A stretch of 64,000 bases of DNA from an uncultured Methanoregulaceae archaeon (GCA_963737635.1 CAVTTL010000001.1:160001-224000); one strand, 5' to 3'. Counted from the first letter of the stretch, positions 19,514-30,919 are shown. Program-made: numbers and translations. Notes: generated by a model not told the origin, from the sequence alone.

Positions 19514-20970
19514 AGCAGGAACGAGTCAAGGATCTCTTCAGGGACTGGCGGGTGCTCGTGCTGATCGCCCTGCTGATCCTTTCGGTCGTTGCCATCTACC
19601 CGCACTTCGACAACAATGGGAACCTGACCACTAACCTCCAATATGGTCTCGATTTCCAGCAGGGATCCTGGATCCAGCTCAAGTTCGATGCAGAAGTGGT
19701 CGGGTTCACGACAACCGAACCGGTTGACACCTTTGTTACCAACCTCTCCAAGAGCCTCGATACTGATGTAGTACAGATCGATGCCACCCACCTCGAGATC
19801 CGGAAATCATATACCCAAGCAGAGCTCGAGCCGTACTTTCCAGCTGAAGGCGGCACGGTGGTCTCGTACCAGCCGGGCATATCTTCCAGTACAGCAGATC
19901 TAGTAAAACAGATCCTTGAACAGAAGATCAACTCGATGGGTACCAAGGATGCAAAAGTCAATACTATCACAAGTCTGAACAATGTCGCCCAGTACGTCCG
20001 CGTAGAGATGGCTGGCGTTGATATGAGCCAGGCCCAGCAAATCATCGGCAGGCAGGGCAAATTCGAGATCCGTGTCCAGACCACCGGCAACCAGTCAGCA
20101 CACGTCCTCTACGGCGATTCCATAACGAGTGTCCAGGTACCCAGCCAGTCACCGGTCGGCAGCGGAAACTGGGGCGTCGGGTTTACTCTGAGTGCGGCTG
20201 GAGCTGCAACCTTCCAGAATGCATCCATCACGTACGGTGCAACTACCGATCCGGCCGATCACAAGCTCACTATGCTTCTCGATAACCAGACCGTGTACTC
20301 GGCGCCACTCTCCACGCAACTGGCAGGAACGCTCCTGACCGAACCCACGACCCAGCTGTTCGCCTCAACCGGATCAGGCACATCCGGTGAGCAACAGGCA
20401 ACAAACCTCGAGATCCAGCTCCGGGCGGGTGCACTGCCGGTCGATGTGGAGATCGCGGGTTCCGGCTCAACATCGGCATCCCTTGGCCAGCACTACATGG
20501 AGATGTGCCTGATCGCAGGCATACTCGCGCTCATCATGGTTGCGTTTGTGATCTTCTACCGGTACCGCGAACCAAGGATCGTCCTTCCCATGGTGCTGAT
20601 CAATGCATCCGAAATCGTGATCCTACTCGGGTTTATCAGCGTGATCCAGTTCCAGATTGATCTCCCGACCGTCGCAGGGCTTATCGCCGTACTGGGTACG
20701 GGTATCGACCAGCTGGTCGTGATCACCGACGAGATCCTGCACGAAGGGATCGTCCCATCTCACAATGTCTATTTAAAGAGGCTCGCCCGTGCACTCAGTA
20801 TCATCGTGACTGCGGCTGCAACCGTACTGATTGCAATGCTTCCGCTTGCACTTCTTGATCTCTCCACACTCACCGGCTTTGCGATCATAACCATGATGGG
20901 TGTTATCGTGGGCGTAGTAGTGACCCGGCCGGCCTACGGTAGGATCATTATGGAAATCCTCTCCGAATAA
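19510..20970 (+). CDS. secD: Protein translocase SecD
   Basis: LQYGLDFQQG, LRAGALP, GTGIDQLVVITDE. Confidence 0.92.
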   Translation: MKQERVKDLFRDWRVLVLIALLILSVVAIYPHFDNNGNLTTNLQYGLDFQQGSWIQLKFDAEVVGFTTTEPVDTFVTNLSKSLDTDVVQIDATHLEIRKSYTQAELEPYFPAEGGTVVSYQPGISSSTADLVKQILEQKINSMGTKDAKVNTITSLNNVAQYVRVEMAGVDMSQAQQIIGRQGKFEIRVQTTGNQSAHVLYGDSITSVQVPSQSPVGSGNWGVGFTLSAAGAATFQNASITYGATTDPADHKLTMLLDNQTVYSAPLSTQLAGTLLTEPTTQLFASTGSGTSGEQQATNLEIQLRAGALPVDVEIAGSGSTSASLGQHYMEMCLIAGILALIMVAFVIFYRYREPRIVLPMVLINASEIVILLGFISVIQFQIDLPTVAGLIAVLGTGIDQLVVITDEILHEGIVPSHNVYLKRLARALSIIVTAAATVLIAMLPLALLDLSTLTGFAIITMMGVIVGVVVTRPAYGRIIMEILSE

Positions 20971-21025
20971 CGATAGCATAGATTTATCTTTTTTTTTAAC
21001 TGACTACTTTACCGGGTATGATTAT

Positions 21026-21298
21026 ATGTCGAAACCTGTGCTGTACGACTTTTTTGCCACTTGGTGTGGTCCCTGCCGGATGCAAACGCCGATCATCGAG
21101 GAACTGGCAAAGAAACTGGGCGACGCTGTCGAGATAAAAAAAGTGGATGTCGACGAACATATGGATCTTGCAGAAAAATACGGGATTCGTGTGGTACCCA
21201 CCCTTATTATCGAAAAGGACGGGAAAGTTGTCCAGACCATGGAAGGTGTCACTGATGCCGCCACGCTCGAAAACCTGCTCCGGCCGCTGGTGGGATAA
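21026..21298 (+). CDS. trxA: Thioredoxin
   Basis: WCGPC motif. Confidence 0.92.
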   Translation: MSKPVLYDFFATWCGPCRMQTPIIEELAKKLGDAVEIKKVDVDEHMDLAEKYGIRVVPTLIIEKDGKVVQTMEGVTDAATLENLLRPLVG

Positions 21299-21949
21299 GT
21301 GAAGATCGGTATCGTCGGTGGTACCGGGGATATAGGAGAAGGTATGGCCATGCGCCTCTCTCCAGTCTTTGACCTTGTAGTCGGTTCGCGGGAGCAGGAC
21401 AAGGCTGAGGCAAGCTGCACGATCACCCGGGAGACCCTGAAAAAGCGGGGACAGGAATGCAACCTTTCCGGCGTCACAAACCAAGACGCTGTAGACAAGG
21501 GTGATATTGTCATTCTCGCGATCCCGTTCCGGCATGTCCTGCCGACGCTCTCGACGCTGTGCGGGTTTGAAGACAAGATCGTTATTAGCCCGGTCAACCC
21601 GATGGAAAAGCAGGATCACTTTGTTTTTGTCCCCCCTCCTGAAGGATCGGCAGCACTGCTCATACGCAAACTCCTGCCTAAAGAGGCACGGCTCTGCTGC
21701 GCGTTTAACACCATTGCCGCTAACCGGTGGAAAGCGCTCGACGAGGAACTGTCGTACTCGGTGCCCGTCTGCGGTGATGACGATGAGGCAAAGCAGAAAG
21801 TAATGGGAATCGTCAATCAGATCTCAAAACTTCAGGCATTCAATGCCGGGCCGCTGGACGTCTCACCTATGATCGAATCGCTCACACCGCTGGTGCTCAA
21901 TATCGCGCGGTACAATAAGATGCGGGATGTCGGGATCCAGTTCCGGTAG
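21299..21949 (+). CDS. npdG: F420-dependent NADP oxidoreductase
   Basis: IVGGTGDIG, GSR, SPVNP, EGSAA, IESLTP. Confidence 0.88.
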   Translation: MKIGIVGGTGDIGEGMAMRLSPVFDLVVGSREQDKAEASCTITRETLKKRGQECNLSGVTNQDAVDKGDIVILAIPFRHVLPTLSTLCGFEDKIVISPVNPMEKQDHFVFVPPPEGSAALLIRKLLPKEARLCCAFNTIAANRWKALDEELSYSVPVCGDDDEAKQKVMGIVNQISKLQAFNAGPLDVSPMIESLTPLVLNIARYNKMRDVGIQFR

Positions 21950-22571
21950 CGAGGCCAGGGCAGGAAAGATCGTCGGTATCCTTAGAGCCCGTTTCGGGGA
22001 GATTCCCTGGTGGCCGGGCGATACTGACGAAGTTATGATCGGCGCAATCCTGACCCAGCAGACCCGGTGGGAAAACGTGGAGCGGGCTCTAAGGCTCCTC
22101 AAAGAGCGGGGTCTCTGTTCCCTCTCTGCCTTGCACGCGGCAGATGCACCTGTGATTGAGGATGCCGTACGGTGCACCGGGTTTTACCGGATAAAGGCAC
22201 GCCGGCTCAAGGCGCTTGCTGCGTTTGTCACCGAGACCTGCGGGGGCGTGTCCAGGATGGACGCCCTCCCGACGGCAACTCTCCGCAAAGGCCTTCTTGG
22301 TGTCAACGGGATTGGCGAAGAAACTGCCGACAGTATCCTCTGCTACGGGTTTGGCCGGCCCAGTTTTGTCATTGACGCCTATACAGAACGCATCGCACGC
22401 TGCGCCGGTATAACAATTCCCCGCCCGGGGTTCAAAGATCTCTTCGAAGGTGTTCTCGCAAAGGAAATCCATACATACCGCCAGACCCATGCCCATATTG
22501 TTGAATATGCCAAACAGTATTGTACAAAAAAGAGGTGCGAAGGATGCAGGATTATGGCTTTGGACGGATAG
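21927..22571 (+). CDS. HhH-GPD endonuclease III-related protein
   Basis: WWPGD, GAILTQQTRW, GIGEETADSIL, FVIDAY. Confidence 0.85.
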   Translation: MSGSSSGSEARAGKIVGILRARFGEIPWWPGDTDEVMIGAILTQQTRWENVERALRLLKERGLCSLSALHAADAPVIEDAVRCTGFYRIKARRLKALAAFVTETCGGVSRMDALPTATLRKGLLGVNGIGEETADSILCYGFGRPSFVIDAYTERIARCAGITIPRPGFKDLFEGVLAKEIHTYRQTHAHIVEYAKQYCTKKRCEGCRIMALDG

Positions 22572-23080
22572 GAAGACGGCTATTTGAAGAACACCTGGTC
22601 GGCGGCAACTTCGGGAACATGAGTGTCCGTGAGGGAGATGACGGTTTTCTTGTTAAGAAAACCGGGGCGTATCTCGATTCCCCGGGAGATCCCGTGTTCG
22701 TCCCGTTCGAAGGCGAAGTACCCAAAGAAGCTTCAAGCGAATACCGCGTCCATCGTGCAGTATATGCAAAAACACCGTACCGGGCGATTGTCCATGCTCA
22801 CCCACCATACGCCGTCGCCGCCTCGCTCGTGGTTGATGAGATACGGCCCTTGGACAGCGAGGGAGTAATGTTCTGCCCCCTCATACCGATCGCTACCGGT
22901 GCACCCGGTACCCAGGGCCTTGCAGATGCGGTTAGTGAAATGATGCGCCACCACAAACTGGTCATTGCACGGGGACATGGGACATTTGCCGCTGGGGCAA
23001 CACTTGACGAAGCCTTCCTGCTCACCTCCCTTGCCGAACATGCATGCAGGGTTATTGCGTTCAGAAAGTCATTTCTTTGA
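22544..23080 (+). CDS. Class II aldolase (fuculose-phosphate aldolase-like)
   Basis: GNMS, ASSEY.VH, HAHP, HG motifs. Confidence 0.85.
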   Translation: MQDYGFGRIGRRLFEEHLVGGNFGNMSVREGDDGFLVKKTGAYLDSPGDPVFVPFEGEVPKEASSEYRVHRAVYAKTPYRAIVHAHPPYAVAASLVVDEIRPLDSEGVMFCPLIPIATGAPGTQGLADAVSEMMRHHKLVIARGHGTFAAGATLDEAFLLTSLAEHACRVIAFRKSFL

Positions 23081-23173
23081 TGTAAACTTGCTCCTTCAAA
23101 ATGGCGCTGAAAAAAGCTAAAAGGTATTTGGCCTTCTTTTTGGGAAAATAGAGGAGACCTTATTTCTTTCGGG

Positions 23174-24097
23174 TTATTTCTGTTGCCGGGGTGGCTGGTT
23201 CAGCTGGATCTCCCGGATGATTTCGCGGTGGAATACCAGGAGCATATCTGAGATCATCCCGAACATGAAGATCTCAATCCCGACCACGATAAGAAGCACC
23301 GTTAAGATAGTAAGCGGGATGTGTTCGATGTGGCGCAGCCATTCCAGGGTGACGTATACGCCCGTAAGAATCCCAAGAAGTGTCGTGAATATACCCATAA
23401 TGCCAAAGTAGAAGAGTGGGTTGTTCACCCGGGCAAGCCGGTAAATCGTCGTTACGATCCGGATCCCGTCATGGAAAGGAGAGAGTTTTGTGGGCGTTCC
23501 CGGGCGGCGTGAATACCGTATGGGTACGACCATGATCCGCTGGCCGTTCCGTACCGCTTCCACCGACATCTCGGTCTCGATCTCAAACCCGGTCTCCTTG
23601 AGGTTCATCTGCTGGATGGATAATTTGGTAAAGGCCCGGTATCCGGAGAGGATATCATGGAGGTCCCGGCTATGGGCAAGCTTGAAAAAAAGGTTGAGGA
23701 GATGGTTGCCGAAGAGGTTGAGGCGTGAAAACGATCCTTCCTCCGCATTGATGAGCCGGTCACCAATCACCTGGTCGAACCCCAAAAAGAGGGGCGTGAG
23801 CATCTTCTCGGCATCTTTTGCCGAGTAGGTGCCGTCGCCGTCCAGCATCAGGATATACGGCTGCTCGATCACCTCGAATGCTTCAATGATAGCATTCCCT
23901 TTCCCCTTTCCCGACTGAGTCCTTACAACAGCACCGGCCTCCCGGGCATTTTTCACGGTGTTGTCCGAACTCTTGCCGTCAATGACCATGATATGGATGT
24001 AGCCCAGATTCCGGAATTCCTTTATCACCGGGCCGATAGTCAGACTTTCGTTCAATGTGGGGATAAGGATGCAGACCTCATCTTTGTTGAATTTCAT
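23174..24097 (-). CDS. aglJ: GT2 glycosyltransferase, AglJ-like
   Basis: IPTLNE, DGDGTY, DILSGYRAF, FEIETE; two C-terminal TM helices. Confidence 0.8.
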   Translation of the reverse strand: MKFNKDEVCILIPTLNESLTIGPVIKEFRNLGYIHIMVIDGKSSDNTVKNAREAGAVVRTQSGKGKGNAIIEAFEVIEQPYILMLDGDGTYSAKDAEKMLTPLFLGFDQVIGDRLINAEEGSFSRLNLFGNHLLNLFFKLAHSRDLHDILSGYRAFTKLSIQQMNLKETGFEIETEMSVEAVRNGQRIMVVPIRYSRRPGTPTKLSPFHDGIRIVTTIYRLARVNNPLFYFGIMGIFTTLLGILTGVYVTLEWLRHIEHIPLTILTVLLIVVGIEIFMFGMISDMLLVFHREIIREIQLNQPPRQQK

Positions 24098-24135
24098 CGG
24101 TATACTATTTTTAACCGGGTGTCATAAGTGCTTCT

Positions 24136-24705
24136 ATGCACCTCCCCAAAAAAGGCCTCCGGGTACTAGGCATTGCGGAAAGTTATGCCGGTAGGACGTA
24201 CTCGACCCTCGCCGGGATCGTGATGCGCAAAGACCTTATCCTGGACGGTGTCGCGTTCTCCCGCGTAACGGTGGGTGGCACGGATGCGACCAAAGGCGTC
24301 CTCGCAATCGCCCAGACCCTTGATCGCCGGGATATCAACGTGATCTTCCTTTCAGGTTGCGTTATCGCTTTTTTCAATATCATCGACCCACACCGGGTAA
24401 ACGATTGCACGGGACTGCCGGTCGTTTGCGTAACGTATGAAGAGTCTACCGGACTGGAAGAGGATATCCGCCACCATTTTCCCGGTGACACCGGCGGCTG
24501 GACGCATACCGCCGGCTGGGCGAACGCACACCCCACATCCTGCCCGGACGGGCAGACCGTCTACCTGCGGAGCTGGGGCATTGATCCCCCGGACGCCGGC
24601 AGGCTCTGTACGGCGTTTACCCGCGAAGGAAAGATCCCCGAGCCACTCCGGGTTGCACGGCTCTCTGCCCGGGCCTCACACGTTTATACGGCGGCAGGAG
24701 AGTGA
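24136..24705 (+). CDS. DUF99 / endonuclease V-like protein
   Basis: LGIAES, VGGTDAT, FNIID, PEPLRVA. Confidence 0.8.
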   Translation: MHLPKKGLRVLGIAESYAGRTYSTLAGIVMRKDLILDGVAFSRVTVGGTDATKGVLAIAQTLDRRDINVIFLSGCVIAFFNIIDPHRVNDCTGLPVVCVTYEESTGLEEDIRHHFPGDTGGWTHTAGWANAHPTSCPDGQTVYLRSWGIDPPDAGRLCTAFTREGKIPEPLRVARLSARASHVYTAAGE

Positions 24706-24802
24706 ATTCCAGAGAGAGATTGCTGTTCAAATCGCTGCCCGGACAGCAGAGTTCATATCTGGCGAGGTTGATGGATACAAAAGAACTATCCGAGGTAACC
24801 AG

Positions 24803-24997
24803 ATGACACAACAGACGGTAAAACCCGCCCGCTGGGTATGTCTTGAATGCCATTACATCTATGATCCGGCAAAAGGGGATAAGACTCAGGGAATCCCCCC
24901 GGGAGTCCCGTTCGAGGATCTACCAGACACATGGCATTGCCCGGAGTGCAAGGTCCTGAAGTGTAAGAGGGGCGTATTCAAAAAACTCGATGAGTGA
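24803..24997 (+). CDS. Rubredoxin
   Basis: [10 protein letters not shown]...[17 protein letters not shown]. Confidence 0.92.
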   Translation: MTQQTVKPARWVCLECHYIYDPAKGDKTQGIPPGVPFEDLPDTWHCPECKVLKCKRGVFKKLDE

Positions 24998-25132
24998 GAA
25001 GCCCGGACCAGCCTTTTTCTTTCACCGGCTTTAGAACGTAAACTGGTGCACCTTCAACCTGCCACGACCCTCCTCTTTATAATCCCGCATCTTTCCAGGT
25101 ACTGGTAATGCAGTACCGAGTTTGGCATTCAC

Positions 25133-26005
25133 ATGAAAGGTGGGATCATCACCGAGCGTGACCCTGACCTGAGCACCATCCGCATCCGGGCACCGGCGGG
25201 GTTACTCACTATTGAACAGCTACGGGGGATTGCGAAAATCGCAAAGAAGTACGGGACCGGCGTGGTCCACTGCACGACCCGCCAGACCATCGAAATCCCC
25301 CATGTCAAGTCCACTGCTTTCAAAAAACTGGCAGCCCAGCTCGAAAAGAACGGAACACCCGTCGGTTCCGAGAAAGATGAAGTCGTCAACATCATTTCCT
25401 GCCCCGGGACCGAGCGCTGTAAATTTGCCAATATCGATACCATCAGCCTCGCACAAAGGATCGATAAGAAACTCTTTGGCAAGGCGATGCCGGTTAAGAT
25501 GCGCATCGGGCTCTCGGGATGCCCCAATGCCTGCACAAGCCCCATGCTCAACGAGATCGGCGTTATCGGGAGAATCCGCCCGGTCCGCACGGCCGGCCTC
25601 TGCACCGGTTGCGGCTCCTGTGTCTATTACTGTAAAGAAGATGCCATAAAAATCCGGAATGGGGTCTCCGAGCTGGACGAGGAAAAATGCATCCAGTGCG
25701 GCATGTGTATCAAGTCCTGCTCGTTTAACCTGCTCAAATCAGCTGCTCAACCGCATTTCCTCATCACCGTTGGCGGTCGGCGGGGACGCCACCCGAAGAT
25801 CGGCAGGGAGCTCTTAACGGTGGATACCGAAGATCAGGTCCTCTTCGTCATAGAGAAGATCATAGACTGGGTGTACCGCCGAGCATGGAGCGGGAGGCTC
25901 CTCTCCGAACAGCTCGACGAACTCCAGTTCGGGAAGTTCCGCGACGAGATCCTCGGGCAGGTACCAAAATCTGAACCGGCTGGACAGGTACCGGGTAAAA
26001 TTTAA
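25133..26005 (+). CDS. Sulfite/nitrite reductase-like siroheme protein with ferredoxin domain (Dsr-LP/AsrC type)
   Basis: TTRQ, CPGTERC, SGCPNAC and two CxxCxxCxxxC clusters. Confidence 0.85.
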   Translation: MKGGIITERDPDLSTIRIRAPAGLLTIEQLRGIAKIAKKYGTGVVHCTTRQTIEIPHVKSTAFKKLAAQLEKNGTPVGSEKDEVVNIISCPGTERCKFANIDTISLAQRIDKKLFGKAMPVKMRIGLSGCPNACTSPMLNEIGVIGRIRPVRTAGLCTGCGSCVYYCKEDAIKIRNGVSELDEEKCIQCGMCIKSCSFNLLKSAAQPHFLITVGGRRGRHPKIGRELLTVDTEDQVLFVIEKIIDWVYRRAWSGRLLSEQLDELQFGKFRDEILGQVPKSEPAGQVPGKI

Positions 26006-26038
26006 AAACAATAGATAGACCGAACTCGTAACCTGCCT

Positions 26039-27247
26039 TTACCACAGGATCACCTCCACATCGCTGCCCTTTTCAATCCCTTCCACACCTGCCGGGATGC
26101 GGACAAGCCCGTCGCTTTTCACAAGAGTATTCAGCAGTCCCGCCTTGCCAAAGACCGGAAAAGCAGTCCCGTCTTTCAGACTGACCCTGACATACTCTTC
26201 CCGGCCTTTCTGGGAAGGGATGCTATCACCAAGGATGGCCTTTGTGGTCCGGATCAGAGGCTTCTTTTCGCCGAGCATATGGCTGATAAGCGGGAGGACG
26301 ATAACGATAAGTACGACATAAGCCGAGGCCGGATGCCCCGGAAGACCAAAGACCGGTTTATTCCCTATCCTGCCAATGATCGTCGGTTTACCGGGGGCAA
26401 TGGTAACCCCGTGGACCAGCACCTCACCTGTGCCGGAAATAATGCCGGCGGTCATATCCCGGTCATCTTTGGAACTCCCCCCTGATATGAGGAGGACATC
26501 GCATTCCGGGAGGGCTTTTGACAGTGCAGCCTCAAATGACGTTCGTTCGTCCCGGACAATCCCGTACAGCCGGGGAGTACACCCGTACTCCCGGAGATAT
26601 GCCGCAAGCATGGAGGCGTTCGCATCCCGGACCTGCCCCGGCCCGGGGGTAGATTGTACCGGCACAAGCTCGTCACCGGTAGAAATAATCCCGATCACCG
26701 GTCGTTGTGCGACCGTAACTGAGGTTTTGCCACAGGTGGCAAGCACACCTGCATCCTGCGGTGAGAGCCGGCGGCCGGTCGGAAGGATAACCGCGCCGCG
26801 CTGGTAATCTTCGTCATGGAGCAATACGTTTTCGCCGTATGCGACGGGACGCTTCACCAGCACGGTATCGCCCGCCCGGTCCGTATACTCAACCATAACG
26901 ACAGCATCTGCTCCTTCCGGGAGGACGCCACCGGTGGGGATATACGCGCACCTGCCCCGGGTGACCACAAGCCCGCGCTCCCCTTCGCCCATGTAAACCC
27001 GCCCCATGCACTGGAGAAGGGCGGGGACGGTTTCGCTGGATCCGGTAGTGTCTTCTGCCTTGACCGCAAACCCGTCCACAATGGACCGGTCAAAGCCGGG
27101 GATGTCGTCTGCCGCAATCACATCTGCCTGGAGAACCCGTCCCGTTGCACCATCTGCCGGGATCTCTTCCGGCACAGGCTCCGGGGCAATGCGGACTGCG
27201 GTGTCCACCGCCTCGGGAACATTGACAAGATGGAGGAATTTACTCAT
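26039..27247 (-). CDS. moeA: Molybdopterin molybdenumtransferase
   Basis: RSIVDGFAV, GADAVVMVE, STGDEL, SGGSS, PGKP, GLPGHP. Confidence 0.93.
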   Translation of the reverse strand: MSKFLHLVNVPEAVDTAVRIAPEPVPEEIPADGATGRVLQADVIAADDIPGFDRSIVDGFAVKAEDTTGSSETVPALLQCMGRVYMGEGERGLVVTRGRCAYIPTGGVLPEGADAVVMVEYTDRAGDTVLVKRPVAYGENVLLHDEDYQRGAVILPTGRRLSPQDAGVLATCGKTSVTVAQRPVIGIISTGDELVPVQSTPGPGQVRDANASMLAAYLREYGCTPRLYGIVRDERTSFEAALSKALPECDVLLISGGSSKDDRDMTAGIISGTGEVLVHGVTIAPGKPTIIGRIGNKPVFGLPGHPASAYVVLIVIVLPLISHMLGEKKPLIRTTKAILGDSIPSQKGREEYVRVSLKDGTAFPVFGKAGLLNTLVKSDGLVRIPAGVEGIEKGSDVEVILW

Positions 27248-27398
27248 AGAAAGCAACCCGGATGGTTGATCCTGATCCGGTTCCTTCGCACTGCTTTTTT
27301 TATTTTATCATTGCTCATCATTAGCCTCTTCGATTTACATTCTCATTGGGTTTACTTCTTTTGCATAATCACGGAAAGCAGGAGATTAGCTGCATAGT

Positions 27399-27557
27399 TT
27401 ATACCCGGAACTCCGGCCCCTTATCGAAAAGCCCCTGGTACAGTCGGGTAAAGAGGGTAGTGTACTCGGTCGCCCGCTCAGTTGCAACATACGTCGACTT
27501 TTCGCCGTCTCTCTCTATGGCGAGAAAACCGCGGCTGACCAGAAATCCGAGATATTC
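27399..27557 (-). pseudogene. 3' half of a winged-helix regulator
   Basis: EYLGFLVSRGFL...YVATERATEY; the N-terminal part is replaced by antisense MFS sequence. Confidence 0.55.
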
Positions 27558-28031
27558 CTGCCCCTGTACCTTGCGTCCCTTGGCTTCCCGGCCTATCAGA
27601 TCGGGATCATCTTTGCGATCCAAGTCCTGATTATCGCCGCGACAAAGCCGGTCTTTGGCCGGATCGCCGATCGGATCGACAAGCGTGTCCAGATCGCGGC
27701 AGGCCTGCTCGTTACCGGCGGTGCTATTGCCGCGGTGCCGGCCGCGTCGACCTACCCGGGATTCCTTCTCGCAAGCGCGCTCTTTGGCCTTGGGATCTCT
27801 ATTTCCACCGTTGCGACCAGCGCGTACGTGGCTGACGTTGCAAAAAGCGATGAGATCGGGTCAGCAATGGGCGCCCTCTCATCGATCATGGACATCGGGC
27901 AGTCGTCCGGGCCGCTCGTGACCGGTGTCGTCATCACATTCGCCGGATATCCTGCAGGATTCTTAGCCTCGCTTCTCCTTGCAGCGGCGGTCACCGGGAT
28001 CTTTGTGATCTCAGCGCGGACGGGACACTAA
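27549..28031 (+). pseudogene. 3' part of an MFS transporter
   Basis: FLPLYLASLG...GRIADRIDKR...MDIGQSSGP; no start codon or N-terminal half. Confidence 0.8.
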
Positions 28032-28113
28032 AGTAACTTTCCGGTGCCGAGCTTATAGTAACAGGCGAAACCCTTTACGTTCGGCAGACTATGATCGCTG
28101 CTGGTGAAAAGGA

Positions 28114-28713
28114 ATGCAGTTTGCAGAGTGCGTCATGCAGCGGTATGCGACCAAGAAGTTTGACGGCAGGAAGATTCCCGAAGACAAGGTAAACAAGCTC
28201 TTTGAGCTGGTGCGGTTTGCACCGTCGGCCCTGAACCTTCAGCCCTGGAAGATCAAGATCGTCGCGGACAAGCAAACCAAAGAGGAACTCCGCCGCGCTT
28301 CAAACGACCAGGAGCAGATCCCGACCTGTTCGCACCTGCTCGTCTTCTGTGCAGATGCAGATTACGACAGCCTGATCACACGGCTCGGCGAACTGATGAC
28401 CAAAAACCATGTGCCGGCGGATGTCGTCATGATGATCACCGGGATGGCCGCCCGGTTTGTTGCCGGGATGTCACCGGAACAGCAAAAGGCATGGTCCCAA
28501 GCGCAGACCTACCTCGCAGTAGGGAATGCACTCAACGGCGCAAAATCGCTTGGTTTTGATTCCTGCCCGATGACCGGCTTTGACCCTGCGGCATACGCCC
28601 GGATCCTGCATATCCCGGCTCATCTCACTCCGGTTATGCTCTGCCCGATCGGGTACGCGGCAGACACCCCCAAACCGAAGATCCGGTATTCCCGGGACGA
28701 GCTGGTGTTCTAG
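28114..28713 (+). CDS. Nitroreductase family protein
   Basis: RYATKKFD, APSALNLQPW, DSCPMTGFD. Confidence 0.9.
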   Translation: MQFAECVMQRYATKKFDGRKIPEDKVNKLFELVRFAPSALNLQPWKIKIVADKQTKEELRRASNDQEQIPTCSHLLVFCADADYDSLITRLGELMTKNHVPADVVMMITGMAARFVAGMSPEQQKAWSQAQTYLAVGNALNGAKSLGFDSCPMTGFDPAAYARILHIPAHLTPVMLCPIGYAADTPKPKIRYSRDELVF

Positions 28714-29053
28714 AAGCAGGAACAACCTTTGCTTCGGCACCGACGGTCCGAGCAGGTAAAACGGATCCCCGGTCTCCCGGTGTGGAAAAACAGGTAGTAA
28801 GGGGCCGTGACGAAGATTCCACTCACACCCGTAATTTTCCGTATCCATACAGGGTCCGGCACTTTTTTTTTGAGAGAGACGATAACCAGCCCACCAAAGT
28901 CCGCCGGCCCACGAGGGGGAGCAGGTTCCGGGACATGACCACCGCACCGCAGGAAACCCGATCTCCCGGCACCGGAAAAAACAGCGAACACGACTCCCCC
29001 CCGACGTCTCTTGTATCGCAATAGTTATATAGTCAATATGTGAATATTGACAT

Positions 29054-29500
29054 ATGCTTCTGCAGACGAACGAGAAGCAGTTCGCGTTCTGGAAGATGCG
29101 GCGCAGCGGCGTGCCAAACATCACCATAGCACACCGTGTCGGCATCTCGCGGCAGGCAGTCTCCCGGGCACTCCAGCTCATGGACGGCAAAATTGAATCG
29201 ACCCTCCGGGAGATGGCACATGCAAACCAGATCGAGATTGGGCAGATCAACGCAGAACGGGGCGTCCTCATCGGGAGATCCATCCCATTCCAGACCTCCG
29301 CGATCATCTTTGTCTCGGAGAAACACGGGATCCAGGTCTGGTACGAGCATGACGGCACGTGTGGCACCTGCGCGCGGTACACCGAATGCATCGAGCTCAT
29401 CTGGGATTATGCCACCGAACTTGGCATGAAGATCGAAAAGGCTGCCGACCCGACGAAAATGGCAGAAGAATTATTTGCAAAGGTAAAGGCGATCGTATGA
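29054..29500 (+). CDS. HTH-domain protein
   Basis: IAHRVGISRQAVSRAL; CxxC...C. Confidence 0.65.
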   Translation: MLLQTNEKQFAFWKMRRSGVPNITIAHRVGISRQAVSRALQLMDGKIESTLREMAHANQIEIGQINAERGVLIGRSIPFQTSAIIFVSEKHGIQVWYEHDGTCGTCARYTECIELIWDYATELGMKIEKAADPTKMAEELFAKVKAIV

Positions 29501-30010
29501 TAACACGATTCTCAGAAATGATCAACAACTGGATGGGCTGGTGCCCGAATGTCCAGATGCTCCCGAATGCCCCGACAACCACGACCATACCTGGGGCCCC
29601 GGTCCAGGGTGAACCGATAGGAGGCGGGGACGCGGGATCAACCAGGGAGTATCGCCACTGGCGGCGGGGACGGCGCTCCCTGGTCCCGGCCGGGCTCCTC
29701 ATCGGTCTTGGTGTCGGCCTGCTCGTAGGTTATGTACCTAGCCGCCGGGTTGATCGGCCTTGGTCTTGGATTCCTGGGATCCGCAGTCGTGAATACCCAA
29801 CAGCGTACAAGCGATGAGGATGGTTCGTCGTCCCACAAGCATGGCTTTGGCATTGCCATCGTCGGGATCTTTTTTATCATCTTCGGTATCCTGATCGTCT
29901 GGGCTCCGGTCCTCATCTGGCCATACATCGGTGCCGCCTTCCTCATCCTCCTCGGGATCGGGATCCTCGTCCACAGTTTCCTCCACCACGATCACGGACA
30001 GTGGTACTAA
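29497..30010 (+). CDS. DUF1673-like membrane protein (frameshifted)
   Basis: N-terminal WMGWCP; TM helices in two frames. Confidence 0.55.
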
Positions 30011-30088
30011 TTTTTTTTTGCGGAAGATTTGCGGAAGAGAACCATGATGGCATACCCCGGTGAAAAAAGGTATTGTTGAGGGTTGGTT

Positions 30089-30809
30089 ATGGTATCCACC
30101 GAACTGAATGCCGCAAACGACGTTGAGCATTTCAACCGCTGGTCGAAGACCTACGAGGCATCATGGATGCAGCGCCTGTATTTCGACCGTATCCACAAAC
30201 GGGTCCTTGCCGTCAGCCGGTGCCGGGCCTGCTCCCGGCAGCATCGTGGATGTCGGGTGCGGGACCGGGAGATTGCTGCGGAAAGCCCGGGAACGCTGGC
30301 CCCATGCGCACCTGATCGGTGTCGATCCGGCAGAAGGCATGGTGAAAAAAGCCCGGCTCATGATGCCGGATTCCGTGTTTATCGTGAGCCCGGCGGAATT
30401 GATACCTCTCCCGGATAGCTCAGTCGATCTCGTAGTCAGTACAACGTCGTTTCATCACTGGCAGGACCAGCTCCAGGGCATACGCGAGATCCGGCGCATT
30501 TTACGCCCCGGGGGCCCATTCCTTCTCTCTGATATGACGTTCCCTCAGTTCATGTTGAAATTCATTCACCACGGCCGGTTCTGTAATCCCCAGGAAGTCC
30601 GGGACATGTTCGAACAAGCCGGCCTGGAAGTCCGGATGCAGCGCCGGTCGTTGCTGGGACGGTCCCTGGTAACGGTTGGCATCCGGCCGTCGCTGGCCCC
30701 TAGGGATTCAGGCAAGTCTGCCGGTGAGTTGATGGGGGTCTGCTGTGGTTGGGACTCGATGGTGATCCGCACAACCCCTCAAATTCGCCAGACACTATCT
30801 GACCGATAG
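30089..30809 (+). CDS. Class I SAM methyltransferase (frameshift near 30220)
   Basis: VDVGCGTG, GVDP, SFHHW, LRPGG. Confidence 0.8.
30782..30808. repeat. 27-bp palindrome module, copy A
   Basis: AATTCGCCAG-ACACTAT-CTGACCGATA. Confidence 0.7.
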
Positions 30810-30919
30810 TCTGAATGCGGGCAGCAAAAACATAGTCGCCAGACGGCCGGATAGGTGATGAAAAAAAGATCCCCGATCTTTCGGCGCTAAAAAAAAAAGG
30901 TAGTTGTTCCTGTGATTCG

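Noticed and set aside
28710-29030. Small Cys-rich ORF between the nitroreductase and the HTH gene
   Set aside because: It needs a frameshift to assemble and has no recognisable family motif.
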